A stretch of 64,000 nt of DNA. Source: a virus. The translations under genes were made by a program, and so were the position numbers. The stretch is from the IMG/VR virus record IMGVR_UViG_3300045999_009829. One strand, 5' to 3'. The notes beneath the pieces were generated by a model. It was not told where the DNA came from. It ran no database searches and saw nothing but the letters and a program-made list of their open reading frames with translations. Shown piece after piece: positions 27,923-36,703 of the stretch (the stretch's first letter is position 1; the number at the start of each line of letters is the position of its first letter).

Positions 27923-27923
27923 T

Positions 27924-28253
27924 CTATGCTCCCATTAAAAGAAATGCATCTAGCGTTTGCGTAGACCCGCCCCCACCAGACACGGTAGACCAGTACACAC
28001 CGGCTCCATTGGAGGTCAAGACTTGACCGCTTGTACCCAAGCCGCCGTTGGCCACCACCGCGTTTATAGTTAGATTTCCAGTAACTGATAGGTTGACCAG
28101 ATTTGATCCAAGTTCAAACACTGCAGTAGCATTAGCAGTAAAGAGTTTTCTGTCGGATAGGTTGATGCCCAACTCACCTGGAGACAGGTCACCAGTAGTG
28201 GGGACTACACCCGATACCGTGCTTCTCTTGTGCTGAAACCTGTTATTCGCCAT
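27924..28253 (-). CDS. short tail-fibre-like protein
   Basis: FQHKRSTVSGVVPTTGDLSPGELGINLSDRKLF fibre N-terminal motif plus a GTSGQVLTSNG module. Confidence 0.7.
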   Translation of the reverse strand: MANNRFQHKRSTVSGVVPTTGDLSPGELGINLSDRKLFTANATAVFELGSNLVNLSVTGNLTINAVVANGGLGTSGQVLTSNGAGVYWSTVSGGGGSTQTLDAFLLMGA

Positions 28254-28704
28254 CCGACCACTCTAACTTTGCTGCTTTCTTATGAGCTTTCTTCTCCGGA
28301 TACTTGGGGGAAGGGCTATTGTTGCTCTGTAGCTTGGTCAACTCGGCGCACACCAACTCGTAGTTTGACTTGATCGTTTCATTTTCAGCCTTGAGTGCTG
28401 TGAGCTCTGACAGTTTTGACTTCTCTACCAAGCAGTCGTTTAGATTCAGCATCAAGCTCTTGACCTTGGTTGACAGTTCGTCTCGCTCGACAGTTAAGGC
28501 CTTAAGTCCCACTAGACTTTGGTTCAAGGTCTCCTCTGCTCTTTCGAGCTGTTCTTTAAGGACTTCTGCTTTCTTGCCTGACTCCAGCAGCGCCGATTCC
28601 AGCACTGCAATCTTAGTTTCAGCTTGAAGAGTTCTTCTGATGAACTCTACTACTAGTCCCTCTTGCTTGGAGAGATACGTATCAACGACGTGCTTTTCGG
28701 TCAT
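28243..28704 (-). CDS. coiled-coil protein (possible fibre chaperone)
   Basis: Heptad-rich sequence; likely start MTEKHVV at 28704. Confidence 0.55.
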   Translation of the reverse strand: MTEKHVVDTYLSKQEGLVVEFIRRTLQAETKIAVLESALLESGKKAEVLKEQLERAEETLNQSLVGLKALTVERDELSTKVKSLMLNLNDCLVEKSKLSELTALKAENETIKSNYELVCAELTKLQSNNSPSPKYPEKKAHKKAAKLEWSDGE

Positions 28705-28723
28705 ATTAAAACACCAATCAGGT

Positions 28724-30010
28724 TCAGAAAGAGCCACCATCCAGCGTATCATAGACCAAGGCAGTTCCGTTTGACTGGAGTACTAGTCCGTCGGCTCCTA
28801 GAGTCAGCTGGTTGTAGCCGTTGGTGGTGTTACCCACCAGCAGTGCATTGTTGGTGGATGTAGTCCTCCCCGTGCCGCCGCTGTTGCCCGCTAGAGCTGT
28901 AGTGAGGGTGAGGGTATTGGCTACTATGGCTACGTTAACACTCGCGTTCGCGGTGATGGCTATGGTCGTTGCATTTGTAGTCAGGGCTCCAGATGCAAGG
29001 TATGCCTGCAGGGTGGCTATGGTAAAGCCCGCCGCAGCTGTATTGACGGTGAACCCTGGCTCCTGGCTGAGTCCGGTGTATAGCTTGTACACGTCATCAG
29101 TCTGATCTCTGAATAGACCGGTGTAGATCTCACCGGATCCCGCGTTGTATGAGCCAAAGAAGCCTATGTCTAGAAGGTCGGCCGAGGTGTTGTTTGCAGC
29201 TAGGTGCAGAAGCGGGTCGTCGACAATCAGGGTGTTGGCGCTCACGGTAAACGTGGTGCCAAGTACAGTTAGGTTGCCGCTGATCTGCACGCTGCCGTCA
29301 AAGTTACCGGTCACACCGTGTACGTTAGCGACGTGCACCTGCGACCAGCGAACAGTGTTGTTGCCTAGGCCATAGGTGACGTTGGCGGATGGCATGATGT
29401 CTGTGTTGACGGATCCGCGGATGGACACGATATCAGCAATCGCGTCACCGAGGGCAGCATTACCTGTAACGGACAGAGTGCCAAACGTCACAGAATCTGT
29501 AGTACTTACAGCCTGTCCGATGTGTACACCGGAGGAGTTGACTGTGACTCCAGTGCCCGGATTGACGAATAGACCCGTAGAGTTAGCCACTATGCCGTTA
29601 TTAGCCAGAACCGAAATGGTACCCGATGAAGTTATTGCCCCACCGGTCAGGCCGCTACCAGTAGCAACAGACGTGACTGTACCGGTGCCACCCGAGGGTG
29701 CCCAGTATACTCCAGAGCCGTTTGAGGTGAGTACTTGACCACTAGTACCTAGACCGCCGTTGGCAAAAACGGCTCCCACATTTGCCGTGCCGACTCGGAT
29801 CTCGTTGATGCCGCTGGTCGAGTTAGCCACAAGTGCTTGGTTGGCAGTAAGTGTACCAGGGAATCTAGCGCCGCCGATTCCTACCACCGATCCGTTAGGA
29901 CTGCCGATGTACAGGACATTGCCGTTTGATGTAAAGGCAAGCTCGCCGTTTGCGAGCGATTCCGGGACTGCTGCGGTAGCGCTTCTCTTGATCTGAATCC
30001 GATTGGACAT
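28724..30010 (-). CDS. tail-fibre-like protein
   Basis: MSNRIQIKRS...LANGELAF; G/T/S/N-rich; GTSGQVLTSNG module; ends LDGGSF. Confidence 0.75.
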   Translation of the reverse strand: MSNRIQIKRSATAAVPESLANGELAFTSNGNVLYIGSPNGSVVGIGGARFPGTLTANQALVANSTSGINEIRVGTANVGAVFANGGLGTSGQVLTSNGSGVYWAPSGGTGTVTSVATGSGLTGGAITSSGTISVLANNGIVANSTGLFVNPGTGVTVNSSGVHIGQAVSTTDSVTFGTLSVTGNAALGDAIADIVSIRGSVNTDIMPSANVTYGLGNNTVRWSQVHVANVHGVTGNFDGSVQISGNLTVLGTTFTVSANTLIVDDPLLHLAANNTSADLLDIGFFGSYNAGSGEIYTGLFRDQTDDVYKLYTGLSQEPGFTVNTAAAGFTIATLQAYLASGALTTNATTIAITANASVNVAIVANTLTLTTALAGNSGGTGRTTSTNNALLVGNTTNGYNQLTLGADGLVLQSNGTALVYDTLDGGSF

Positions 30011-30011
30011 A

Positions 30012-30464
30012 CTAGAAGTTACCCCCGTCAATATCTATTGCTTTTGATATGTATTTATTCTGCGCCGTATCAAACACAAGGGTGTCGTTGTTAGCCCTTG
30101 TATTAGCGCTGACGTCATTGAGAGAAGACAACTGCAGAGAAGAGCTGTTGGTGTAGTTGGTCTCTACAAACGCGATCGAATTTGAATATGCTGTATTGAC
30201 AAACCCGAGGACAACTTCCGTGTTAGAGTAGTTTGAGAGATCGCTGATAGCTTGGTTTGTGAGTGTCGGAGTTGTAGACTGTCCAGGGATGATTATTTGC
30301 TGGTAACTTTGAACCACGCTTGATATGCTTGGACCTTCAGTAGCTTGAGACTGTACCACTGTAAAGGTCGGTGACGGCACAACCTTAATTATAGGCTGAC
30401 CTGCATAAGCCGATACGATTACGCCATTAGATTGCTTTACTCGGATTACAGCAGTGAGTGACAC
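30012..30464 (-). CDS. fibre-associated hypothetical protein
   Basis: LSSLNDVS...NDTLVFD...IDGGNF C-terminus. Confidence 0.6.
   Translation of the reverse strand: MSLTAVIRVKQSNGVIVSAYAGQPIIKVVPSPTFTVVQSQATEGPSISSVVQSYQQIIIPGQSTTPTLTNQAISDLSNYSNTEVVLGFVNTAYSNSIAFVETNYTNSSSLQLSSLNDVSANTRANNDTLVFDTAQNKYISKAIDIDGGNF
30052..30059 (-). promoter_or_regulatory. late promoter-like AATAAATA upstream of the 30010 fibre gene
   Basis: About 40 nt before the ATG at 30010. Confidence 0.5.
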
Positions 30465-30470
30465 CGAATC

Positions 30471-30797
30471 CTACCTTGTGACTTGTGGAGTTACAGTCAC
30501 TATTCCTTCAACCAACCTGATCACCGTGCCTGACTGATCCACCGACTCGACGTCGTACACGTATCTTCCGGCGGTGATGGATCCAGTGGTGGCAGCATTC
30601 ATGGACAGCGCTACCACACCCAGCGACGTAAGGGTAACACCGAACGCAAACGACGTCGACGACGAGTACGACTTCCTCAACTGGGATTGAGCCGTATAGT
30701 TGGTAAAGTCTATGGGATCGCCGTTGTCAGTCAGGATCGTAAAGGACGTATTAAAGGTAGTTCCCTGGTCGATGACTATGTTTACTTTCTGCGCCAT
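30471..30797 (-). CDS. small virion structural / fibre adaptor protein
   Basis: NIVIDQGTTF...DFTNYTAQSQLRKSYSS...GRYVYDVE...RLVEGIVTVTPQVT. Confidence 0.7.
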   Translation of the reverse strand: MAQKVNIVIDQGTTFNTSFTILTDNGDPIDFTNYTAQSQLRKSYSSSTSFAFGVTLTSLGVVALSMNAATTGSITAGRYVYDVESVDQSGTVIRLVEGIVTVTPQVTR

Positions 30798-30821
30798 CTA
30801 CACTCACTCCGAGTTTTGCAC

Positions 30822-30829
30822 TATTTATA
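30822..30829 (-). promoter_or_regulatory. T4 late promoter TATAAATA
   Basis: Exact consensus in an intergenic gap. Confidence 0.8.
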
Positions 30830-30832
30830 AAA

Positions 30833-31636
30833 CTAGGAGAGTCCCATCTCCTGTCTGATCTTTGTGGCGGAGATGGAGTGGATGGCCTCGTCGAACACCT
30901 CCTGCTCGATCTTGTATCCAACATCACGGCCGTAGGTGATGTTCACGATGTTGGGAACTACCATCACGGTATACTTGCCGAAGTACTTAAGTCCGAGTGC
31001 GGCATGGATCCTTTGCTCAACGTTGACCGGGTCAAACGGGTTGGAGTCGTTCCATCCCTGGCAGTCACGAATCATGATGCAGACCTGCCCAGTCTTTGCA
31101 AGAGCTCTCTCGAAGAGCGCCTGGTGGCCCGGGTGCCATGGCTGCCACCTTCCTAACATCTGGACTGTAGGCTTCCTAGGATCAAAGCGCTCTGGCTTTC
31201 TGCCAGCTGCAATGTCGGCTGCAATGAGCTTTGCCCAGCCATCAGCGTCGACGCTTCGGATCCTGTAGTCGCACTGCGTGGGTGCCTCAAAGATCTTGTT
31301 GGTGTCCTCAAAGCGACCAGCAGTGATGGTGTCCAGCCAGATCACGTAGTCGGGCTCACCTCTCTCCGCAAACACGTCCCTGAGCTTCCTTGTCGGGCAC
31401 ACGAACTCACAGATGGAGACGTATCCCTCGCTCTTGTCCTTGGTGCCGTAGTCACCCATGCGGATGGCCTGGCGAGTCCTGCCCTCGTCCGAGAAGTCCC
31501 AGTCGTCGAACATGCTGCGGACCGAATCCGCGTTGTGCCACCGAACCTTGGATCCCAGGAGCTCTAGCTCTTCCACAAGCTTTCCAGCCAGAGTCGTCTT
31601 GCCCGACCCCGGTAGACCCATAATCAAAACCTTCAT
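30833..31636 (-). CDS. adenylylsulfate (APS) kinase-like domain fused to an HxGH nucleotidyltransferase domain
   Basis: GLPGSGKTT, NADSVR..FDDWDFSDEGRTRQ, FVCP and FEAP (CysC-like); C-terminal GRWQPWHPGH and ISATKIR. Confidence 0.8.
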   Translation of the reverse strand: MKVLIMGLPGSGKTTLAGKLVEELELLGSKVRWHNADSVRSMFDDWDFSDEGRTRQAIRMGDYGTKDKSEGYVSICEFVCPTRKLRDVFAERGEPDYVIWLDTITAGRFEDTNKIFEAPTQCDYRIRSVDADGWAKLIAADIAAGRKPERFDPRKPTVQMLGRWQPWHPGHQALFERALAKTGQVCIMIRDCQGWNDSNPFDPVNVEQRIHAALGLKYFGKYTVMVVPNIVNITYGRDVGYKIEQEVFDEAIHSISATKIRQEMGLS

Positions 31637-32349
31637 CACCAATCTCCTGTCCAATGCTTTAACTTAAACTCTCTGTAGAACTGTCTCTTCTCGAACTCGT
31701 GGTCTATCTGATCCAGCTCGGGGCGATACAGTATAGTGTCATAGGGCGGCACCTCATCATAAGTCTGGATGAAGCCGCACTCGCTTATCCGCTTTCGAAT
31801 CAACCCAAACGCTTGCTCGCCCGGATTTATGTCGACCATCTCACCGAGCAGGTTGATAGTCACCGCATGGAAGTATGTCTGCGGTCCCAGGAAATACGTG
31901 TTGTTGGATCCTTCAGCTCTCCTCTTTAGGTTGAGCCCCAGCGCTGTAGTGAAGATGGGATTGCCCGGTGCGCTGCACATGAAGTCGTGAGAGAAATCAC
32001 GCCCTGCGCAGATGGGAAGAACCATCATTGCTTTGTGATCAATCACGCTATCGAGCGAGACATTGCACAGTCTATCTATGTCGACGTATAGACCGCCCTC
32101 CTCATACAGCTTAATCAGCCTCCACACGTCTGACTTTACAACTGGATGGCAGTGCTTCAATCTAGAGTAGTCACTCGCGTCGAGCTTAACCCTGAGGTAG
32201 TCATCAAGGTCGCCATCGTCGCTTATCTCTACAGTCCAGTTGGGCGACAGCTGCACCAGTCTGCCTATGCAGTTCCTGACAAACCTCGACTCAGACTGCA
32301 GTAGGTCCTTCGTCTTCCATGATATATGTATCTTGCGAGGTATGATCAC
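31636..32349 (-). CDS. glycosyltransferase, GT32/OCH1-like (DxD)
   Basis: IPRKIHISWK, KSDVWRLIKLYEEGGLYVDID, FLGP. Confidence 0.85.
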   Translation of the reverse strand: MIIPRKIHISWKTKDLLQSESRFVRNCIGRLVQLSPNWTVEISDDGDLDDYLRVKLDASDYSRLKHCHPVVKSDVWRLIKLYEEGGLYVDIDRLCNVSLDSVIDHKAMMVLPICAGRDFSHDFMCSAPGNPIFTTALGLNLKRRAEGSNNTYFLGPQTYFHAVTINLLGEMVDINPGEQAFGLIRKRISECGFIQTYDEVPPYDTILYRPELDQIDHEFEKRQFYREFKLKHWTGDW

Positions 32350-32996
32350 GGGAACACCAGCTTGAACTCTAACCTCGACTTCTCGTTAGGCATGTCGAGT
32401 GGGTGTGGCATCTCTACATCTCTATAGAACACGTTCTGTGCGGACGAGAACGTAAGCTCCAGACAGCTCGGTATGAACTGCTCTGGCGTCTCGATGTACG
32501 AGTTGTTGTTTGCGTGCACGTGAACTAGCTTCTGGTCGACCTTGCCGATGAAGTTTGCTATCTGGTCAAACTTGTCGGGCTGATTTACGTCGTGGAACTC
32601 TATGACCATGCCAGTAAATCTTCGCGTGTTCGCTATAAGCGAGTCTAGCAGACCGTATTCGTCTCCCTCTATGTCGCACTTCAAGAACACGTTGCTGCCA
32701 TGCAAGATGTCATCTATAGATCCTTTGACGTTCTGCTTGTGTAGGCGCTTGCCGTCTATGAAGAAGGATTCGTCGACCTTTGCTTGCTCGTCGTAGGCAT
32801 CCATCTGGCACGGGTTCAACCGAAAGAAGTCTACCTCGTACGAGTTGTCGGGCCCGATGCCCAAGCTCAGCAGTCTGGTGGTTGCAATCACGTCGCTGTA
32901 GTTGACCAGATACCCGCCGTCGTAGTCCTTGCCCAGACGAACAAGCTCCCTGCAGTAGAAGGGCTTCAGGATCCTGGGTAGCTTCATGGTGTTCAT
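32346..32996 (-). CDS. FkbM-like SAM methyltransferase
   Basis: RLGKDYDGGY, LSLGIG, FLKCDIEGDEY, IEFH, HVHANN; likely start at 32996 or 32987. Confidence 0.8.
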   Translation of the reverse strand: MNTMKLPRILKPFYCRELVRLGKDYDGGYLVNYSDVIATTRLLSLGIGPDNSYEVDFFRLNPCQMDAYDEQAKVDESFFIDGKRLHKQNVKGSIDDILHGSNVFLKCDIEGDEYGLLDSLIANTRRFTGMVIEFHDVNQPDKFDQIANFIGKVDQKLVHVHANNNSYIETPEQFIPSCLELTFSSAQNVFYRDVEMPHPLDMPNEKSRLEFKLVFP

Positions 32997-33058
32997 GTCA
33001 ATGCGCTCTCTTGATAAACGCAGATTGGTAGCCGTTGAGCTGGTGAAACTCGTATAGG

Positions 33059-33973
33059 TCATACGGCACTTGCAATTTCTTTCAGTTGTTCCCTCGTGAA
33101 CTTCATGGCGCCGTCGTTGAGCCTGTCGGCAAACTCACAGTCGGGCCCGCCTATGCGGATGGGGTTGTAAGCTACCTGAACGGACTTATTCCTGTAGAAC
33201 TTGAAGTGCTTGGGATAACTTACGTTGACTTCGAACGTGGACCCCATTATAATGGTTCCTGACCGATTAAACGATCTAGCCATGTGTTGACCAACTGAGT
33301 CGACACCGACAAAGTAGTCACACTGAGATATCATAGCCATGTAGAACCTGAGGTCTGCATTCATGCCCTTACCATTGAGCATGAAGTTGTCCTTGGGGTG
33401 AATGTAGTCGTTGGGTCCGAAGTACAGGACTGCAGCCTTCTCCGATAGCATCCTGCCCAATTCAAGTGCATCGTCGACGTCGAGGCTCCTGCTTGTGGTG
33501 TCCGTAGGTCTGCCGTTGACTACTTGAATGCCGGACCCATAGGGCTGAAACACAACGAACTTGCTCTTGCCCTTGGCTCGCCTGGCTTCCTCGATGAGCT
33601 TTTGTGCGGTCGCGACCTCGTTCGAGTGTAGGTATAGTTTAGGCTGAGCTAGATCCGAGTGGTCATCGGTCTGGTTGATCTCTTCGTCGAACGCCTCCAC
33701 CAGGGACTTCCTCTGGTTGTAGTAGCTCCACCGGTGGTAGGGCTCTGGGGCTTTGAGCTCCCTGTCCTTGATCACCAGGTCAAAGATGCCCTTCTGACCT
33801 ATGCCGTATGTTCTGGGCTGCAGGAGCGGGTGGTTCCAGTACAGGTTCTCCCACCCATGCACGATGACCTTGAAGTCATCATTGGGATTGAGTCTTGCAT
33901 ACTTCTCTAGAGCGGGAATAGCCGTTATGACTCTCCCCGCCCCACCACTGATCATGAACGCGGTGCTTCTCAT
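33059..33973 (-). CDS. GT9-like (heptosyltransferase-like) GT-B glycosyltransferase
   Basis: ISGGAGRVITAIPAL, VVFQPYG, MISQCDYFVGVDSVGQHMA, IMGST. Confidence 0.75.
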   Translation of the reverse strand: MRSTAFMISGGAGRVITAIPALEKYARLNPNDDFKVIVHGWENLYWNHPLLQPRTYGIGQKGIFDLVIKDRELKAPEPYHRWSYYNQRKSLVEAFDEEINQTDDHSDLAQPKLYLHSNEVATAQKLIEEARRAKGKSKFVVFQPYGSGIQVVNGRPTDTTSRSLDVDDALELGRMLSEKAAVLYFGPNDYIHPKDNFMLNGKGMNADLRFYMAMISQCDYFVGVDSVGQHMARSFNRSGTIIMGSTFEVNVSYPKHFKFYRNKSVQVAYNPIRIGGPDCEFADRLNDGAMKFTREQLKEIASAV

Positions 33974-34428
33974 CCCCGCTTGAGGTCCTGCGTCATGGGG
34001 TTGTACTCCTTGAACCACTCCATGAACTCCTTGTCACCGAGATAGTTCCACACGCCGTCAAGCTGGTAGATGACTGGCATGCCGGTCTCAAGCCAGTTCT
34101 GCACGAGCCAGGACAGGTACTTGGACTCCATCTTCTGACCGCACTCGACGACTCGCAGCATGGGCTTGCTCTTGTTGGGACCCCAGCCCTCTATGTTGAC
34201 AAGCACCTTGGACTCTGATGGCTTCATCCACTCGGGCACTATGTTTTGGATATATCCACACCAGTAGTCCCTGCACGACTGAGGTCTGTGCTCGTGAATG
34301 GTGCAGTTCTTTCCTAGGTAGTGACAGGGTCTCCCGGGGAACTTGCGGCGACCGAACACCTCGTACTGAAGCCACTTGCAGCACTCGTTGCAGTCGCCGC
34401 AAGACCTCTCAACTTTCGGTTCCATCAC
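33970..34428 (-). CDS. YkgJ-like CxxCxxCC metal-binding protein
   Basis: CGDCNECC...PCHYL...CTIHEHRPQSCRDYWC. Confidence 0.8.
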   Translation of the reverse strand: MMEPKVERSCGDCNECCKWLQYEVFGRRKFPGRPCHYLGKNCTIHEHRPQSCRDYWCGYIQNIVPEWMKPSESKVLVNIEGWGPNKSKPMLRVVECGQKMESKYLSWLVQNWLETGMPVIYQLDGVWNYLGDKEFMEWFKEYNPMTQDLKRG

Positions 34429-35056
34429 TTCTCCATCTATTCAATACCGAATCCATCTGGTCCATGGTCGCCTGCAGGCTCACCCCCGTGCCCAGGTGCA
34501 CGAAGTAGTATCTCTGCCAGTCTTCCCACGTGATGCCGTTGTACTTGAGTCCGAACCTGGCTAGGTTCTCTGAGAAGGCAAACTCGTCGACGTGACTCTT
34601 CTTGTGGAGCAGGAACGACTTTGCCTCTGTGGCGGTGTAGTCAAGCGGTCGGAACAGGTCGTGGGTGTGGCGACAAGCGATGACTGCATTGGTGGCGATG
34701 CCTACGTTCCTGCCGTCCCTCTTGAAGTATATATTGCGCTCTGTGTCGAAGAACTCACTGGCGTGGAAGTTGTCGTTGAACCCCACGTGGTATGGATGAC
34801 AGAGAGTAGTGAAGTCGGGAAACTTGGCGTGGATCAAGATGTCGACGTCGAGCAGTAGGTTCCAGTCATAGCCAGCGCCGTCCCTGTAGACCTGGAGCTT
34901 CTCATACAGGATGTTCCAGTCGGGATACTTCCTCTGCGTGATCAAGTTCAGGTCGGCGCCTATTCGATCTGCATAGCGCTTGATCCGAGGATAGGTCACC
35001 GACCAGACTTCTGGCAGGTAGTTACCGATGTTGACTACGTGGATGCACTTGCTCAT
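34409..35056 (-). CDS. GT-A fold glycosyltransferase
   Basis: YADRIGADL, YEKLQVY, LLLDVDILIH (DxD), DEF, FVH. Confidence 0.65.
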   Translation of the reverse strand: MSKCIHVVNIGNYLPEVWSVTYPRIKRYADRIGADLNLITQRKYPDWNILYEKLQVYRDGAGYDWNLLLDVDILIHAKFPDFTTLCHPYHVGFNDNFHASEFFDTERNIYFKRDGRNVGIATNAVIACRHTHDLFRPLDYTATEAKSFLLHKKSHVDEFAFSENLARFGLKYNGITWEDWQRYYFVHLGTGVSLQATMDQMDSVLNRWRSDGTES

Positions 35057-35508
35057 AGATAGAGCGCCGAGAAGTCCTTGCCTGATGGATCCTTGGGTAG
35101 GTTGGTGCTCATGCCGTCGTCGAGCAGGGCTTGCAGAACTTGCTCTCTGGTGACATCACCCTTCCTTGCCATCTCGACCATCACGGCGACTGGCATGTGG
35201 TATATGTACGCGATGGCAAGTACTGTGGCGTGCAGGTTGTGCACTAGGAGACCCTTGTCCTCTTCCTTGCATACTCCGGCAAGCACCTGTCGAGCAGTCT
35301 TCCTGTACTTCATGGCTGGAAAGTGCGGCTGCATCTTGTGGAACCTATCTGGATCCTTGGGATCCTCCAGAACAAGAAGTGGCTCTGCCGCTTCCTCTTC
35401 CTGGCACCACTTCTCCAGATTGATAAGAGCTAGCATGATGCCCACGATATCGTCATCGTAGTCTGCATCTTGGAACCTGCAGTGGAGGTCCCTCAGTCTG
35501 TTACTCAT
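35053..35508 (-). CDS. hypothetical protein
   Basis: Overlaps both neighbours; phage-like codon use. Confidence 0.6.
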   Translation of the reverse strand: MSNRLRDLHCRFQDADYDDDIVGIMLALINLEKWCQEEEAAEPLLVLEDPKDPDRFHKMQPHFPAMKYRKTARQVLAGVCKEEDKGLLVHNLHATVLAIAYIYHMPVAVMVEMARKGDVTREQVLQALLDDGMSTNLPKDPSGKDFSALYL

Positions 35509-36041
35509 CTTTCCTCCTTTCTGTCAATGTTCATAGCGACCACTAGCCTCTCAGCGATGGTCTTCGGCACCTCGTGGTAGAGGATGCCAGGGAACACCAG
35601 CAGTGTGCCGGTCTTTGGCGTCACCGTCAGTGTGTCCTCGAATATGATCGGCGCAGCGCCCTCTGCTATCTCCAGATAAGCGACTGCAGCAAAGTCGCTG
35701 GGGTAGTGATAGTGTCGGTCGGTGTGGTCGCCAGGTCCGTAGTGAGCGCCCCAGCAGTTGTAGCACATGAAGTCCAAGTCGACCTTGAAGTAGTCTCTGG
35801 ATATGAACTTCACACAGGATAGAGTCAAGTCGACCAGCGGCATGAAGTTCTGATTGAATATGTGGCTTGACCAACCGCTCACATATTTAGCCTTCACGTT
35901 GCTCTCCATGGAGATCGGGTACCGCTCTTGCTCCTGCTGTATGGCTAGCTTTGCGGCCTCTATGGCGTCCAAGTGAGAGCTTATATCTACCGTGAAGACC
36001 GGGAGGCGCTTCTCTACGGTAAGTACTTCGACTGTTGACAA
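35505..36041 (-). CDS. putative 2OG-Fe(II) oxygenase (HxH...H type)
   Basis: WGAHY..GDHTDRHYHYPSDFAAVAYL, LLVFPGILYHEV, RLVVAMN. Confidence 0.75.
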   Translation of the reverse strand: MSTVEVLTVEKRLPVFTVDISSHLDAIEAAKLAIQQEQERYPISMESNVKAKYVSGWSSHIFNQNFMPLVDLTLSCVKFISRDYFKVDLDFMCYNCWGAHYGPGDHTDRHYHYPSDFAAVAYLEIAEGAAPIIFEDTLTVTPKTGTLLVFPGILYHEVPKTIAERLVVAMNIDRKEER

Positions 36042-36697
36042 TTGTCCAATCCTCTGACTGTGGTTTCACCCCTGAGGTCGTACGCGTACACGTCGAACTG
36101 ACTCATGGGAAACAGCTCGGCTCTCACATACATGTCCAGGCTCTCGTAGATCCCATGCTTTATTGTGTACGAGACTAGAGACCTGGCGACCGCTGGATCT
36201 ATGGCGTATGCATGGGCTCTGCACAAGCTCCTGAGCCTGCCTCTCTGGTCACTGGCGTGCGGCGGAGTCGCGTAGACCGGCTGACCGCGAGTCTGCTCTA
36301 TAGAGCCGAGATATACTATGGAGTTGAACAGTCTGTGCATCAGATACGGCTTGACCATGATGGCGTCGTGTTCGAGGATGACTATCGGCTTATCGACCGT
36401 GAGGCACCGGCACCACAAGCTGTAGTGACTCATGAAGCATGCCACCTGCGCCCACGAGAGCTTCTCAGTGATCAGCTTTGGCCAAAGCAGGTGTGGAATT
36501 CCCTTTAGGTGCTCTGGAATCTCTGGTCTGCCGTTAACGCCGTCAAAGCCCTGCCATAGAGTGAACTTTTGGCCGACTGACTGAAGTGACTCGACACACC
36601 GAGCGGTGAGCTCTTCTGAAGTCTTGTTGCCCTTCAGGGTGATGACGTATGCCGAGTCGACGTCGTTGTCGTGGAAGTTGGCGTCAAGGCTCTTCAT
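36014..36697 (-). CDS. GT25-family glycosyltransferase
   Basis: AYVITL, GFDG, ACFMSHYSLW.RC, IVILEHDA, AHAYAIDP..A. Confidence 0.85.
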   Translation of the reverse strand: MKSLDANFHDNDVDSAYVITLKGNKTSEELTARCVESLQSVGQKFTLWQGFDGVNGRPEIPEHLKGIPHLLWPKLITEKLSWAQVACFMSHYSLWCRCLTVDKPIVILEHDAIMVKPYLMHRLFNSIVYLGSIEQTRGQPVYATPPHASDQRGRLRSLCRAHAYAIDPAVARSLVSYTIKHGIYESLDMYVRAELFPMSQFDVYAYDLRGETTVRGLDNCQQSKYLP

Positions 36698-36703
36698 GGC
36701 GAG

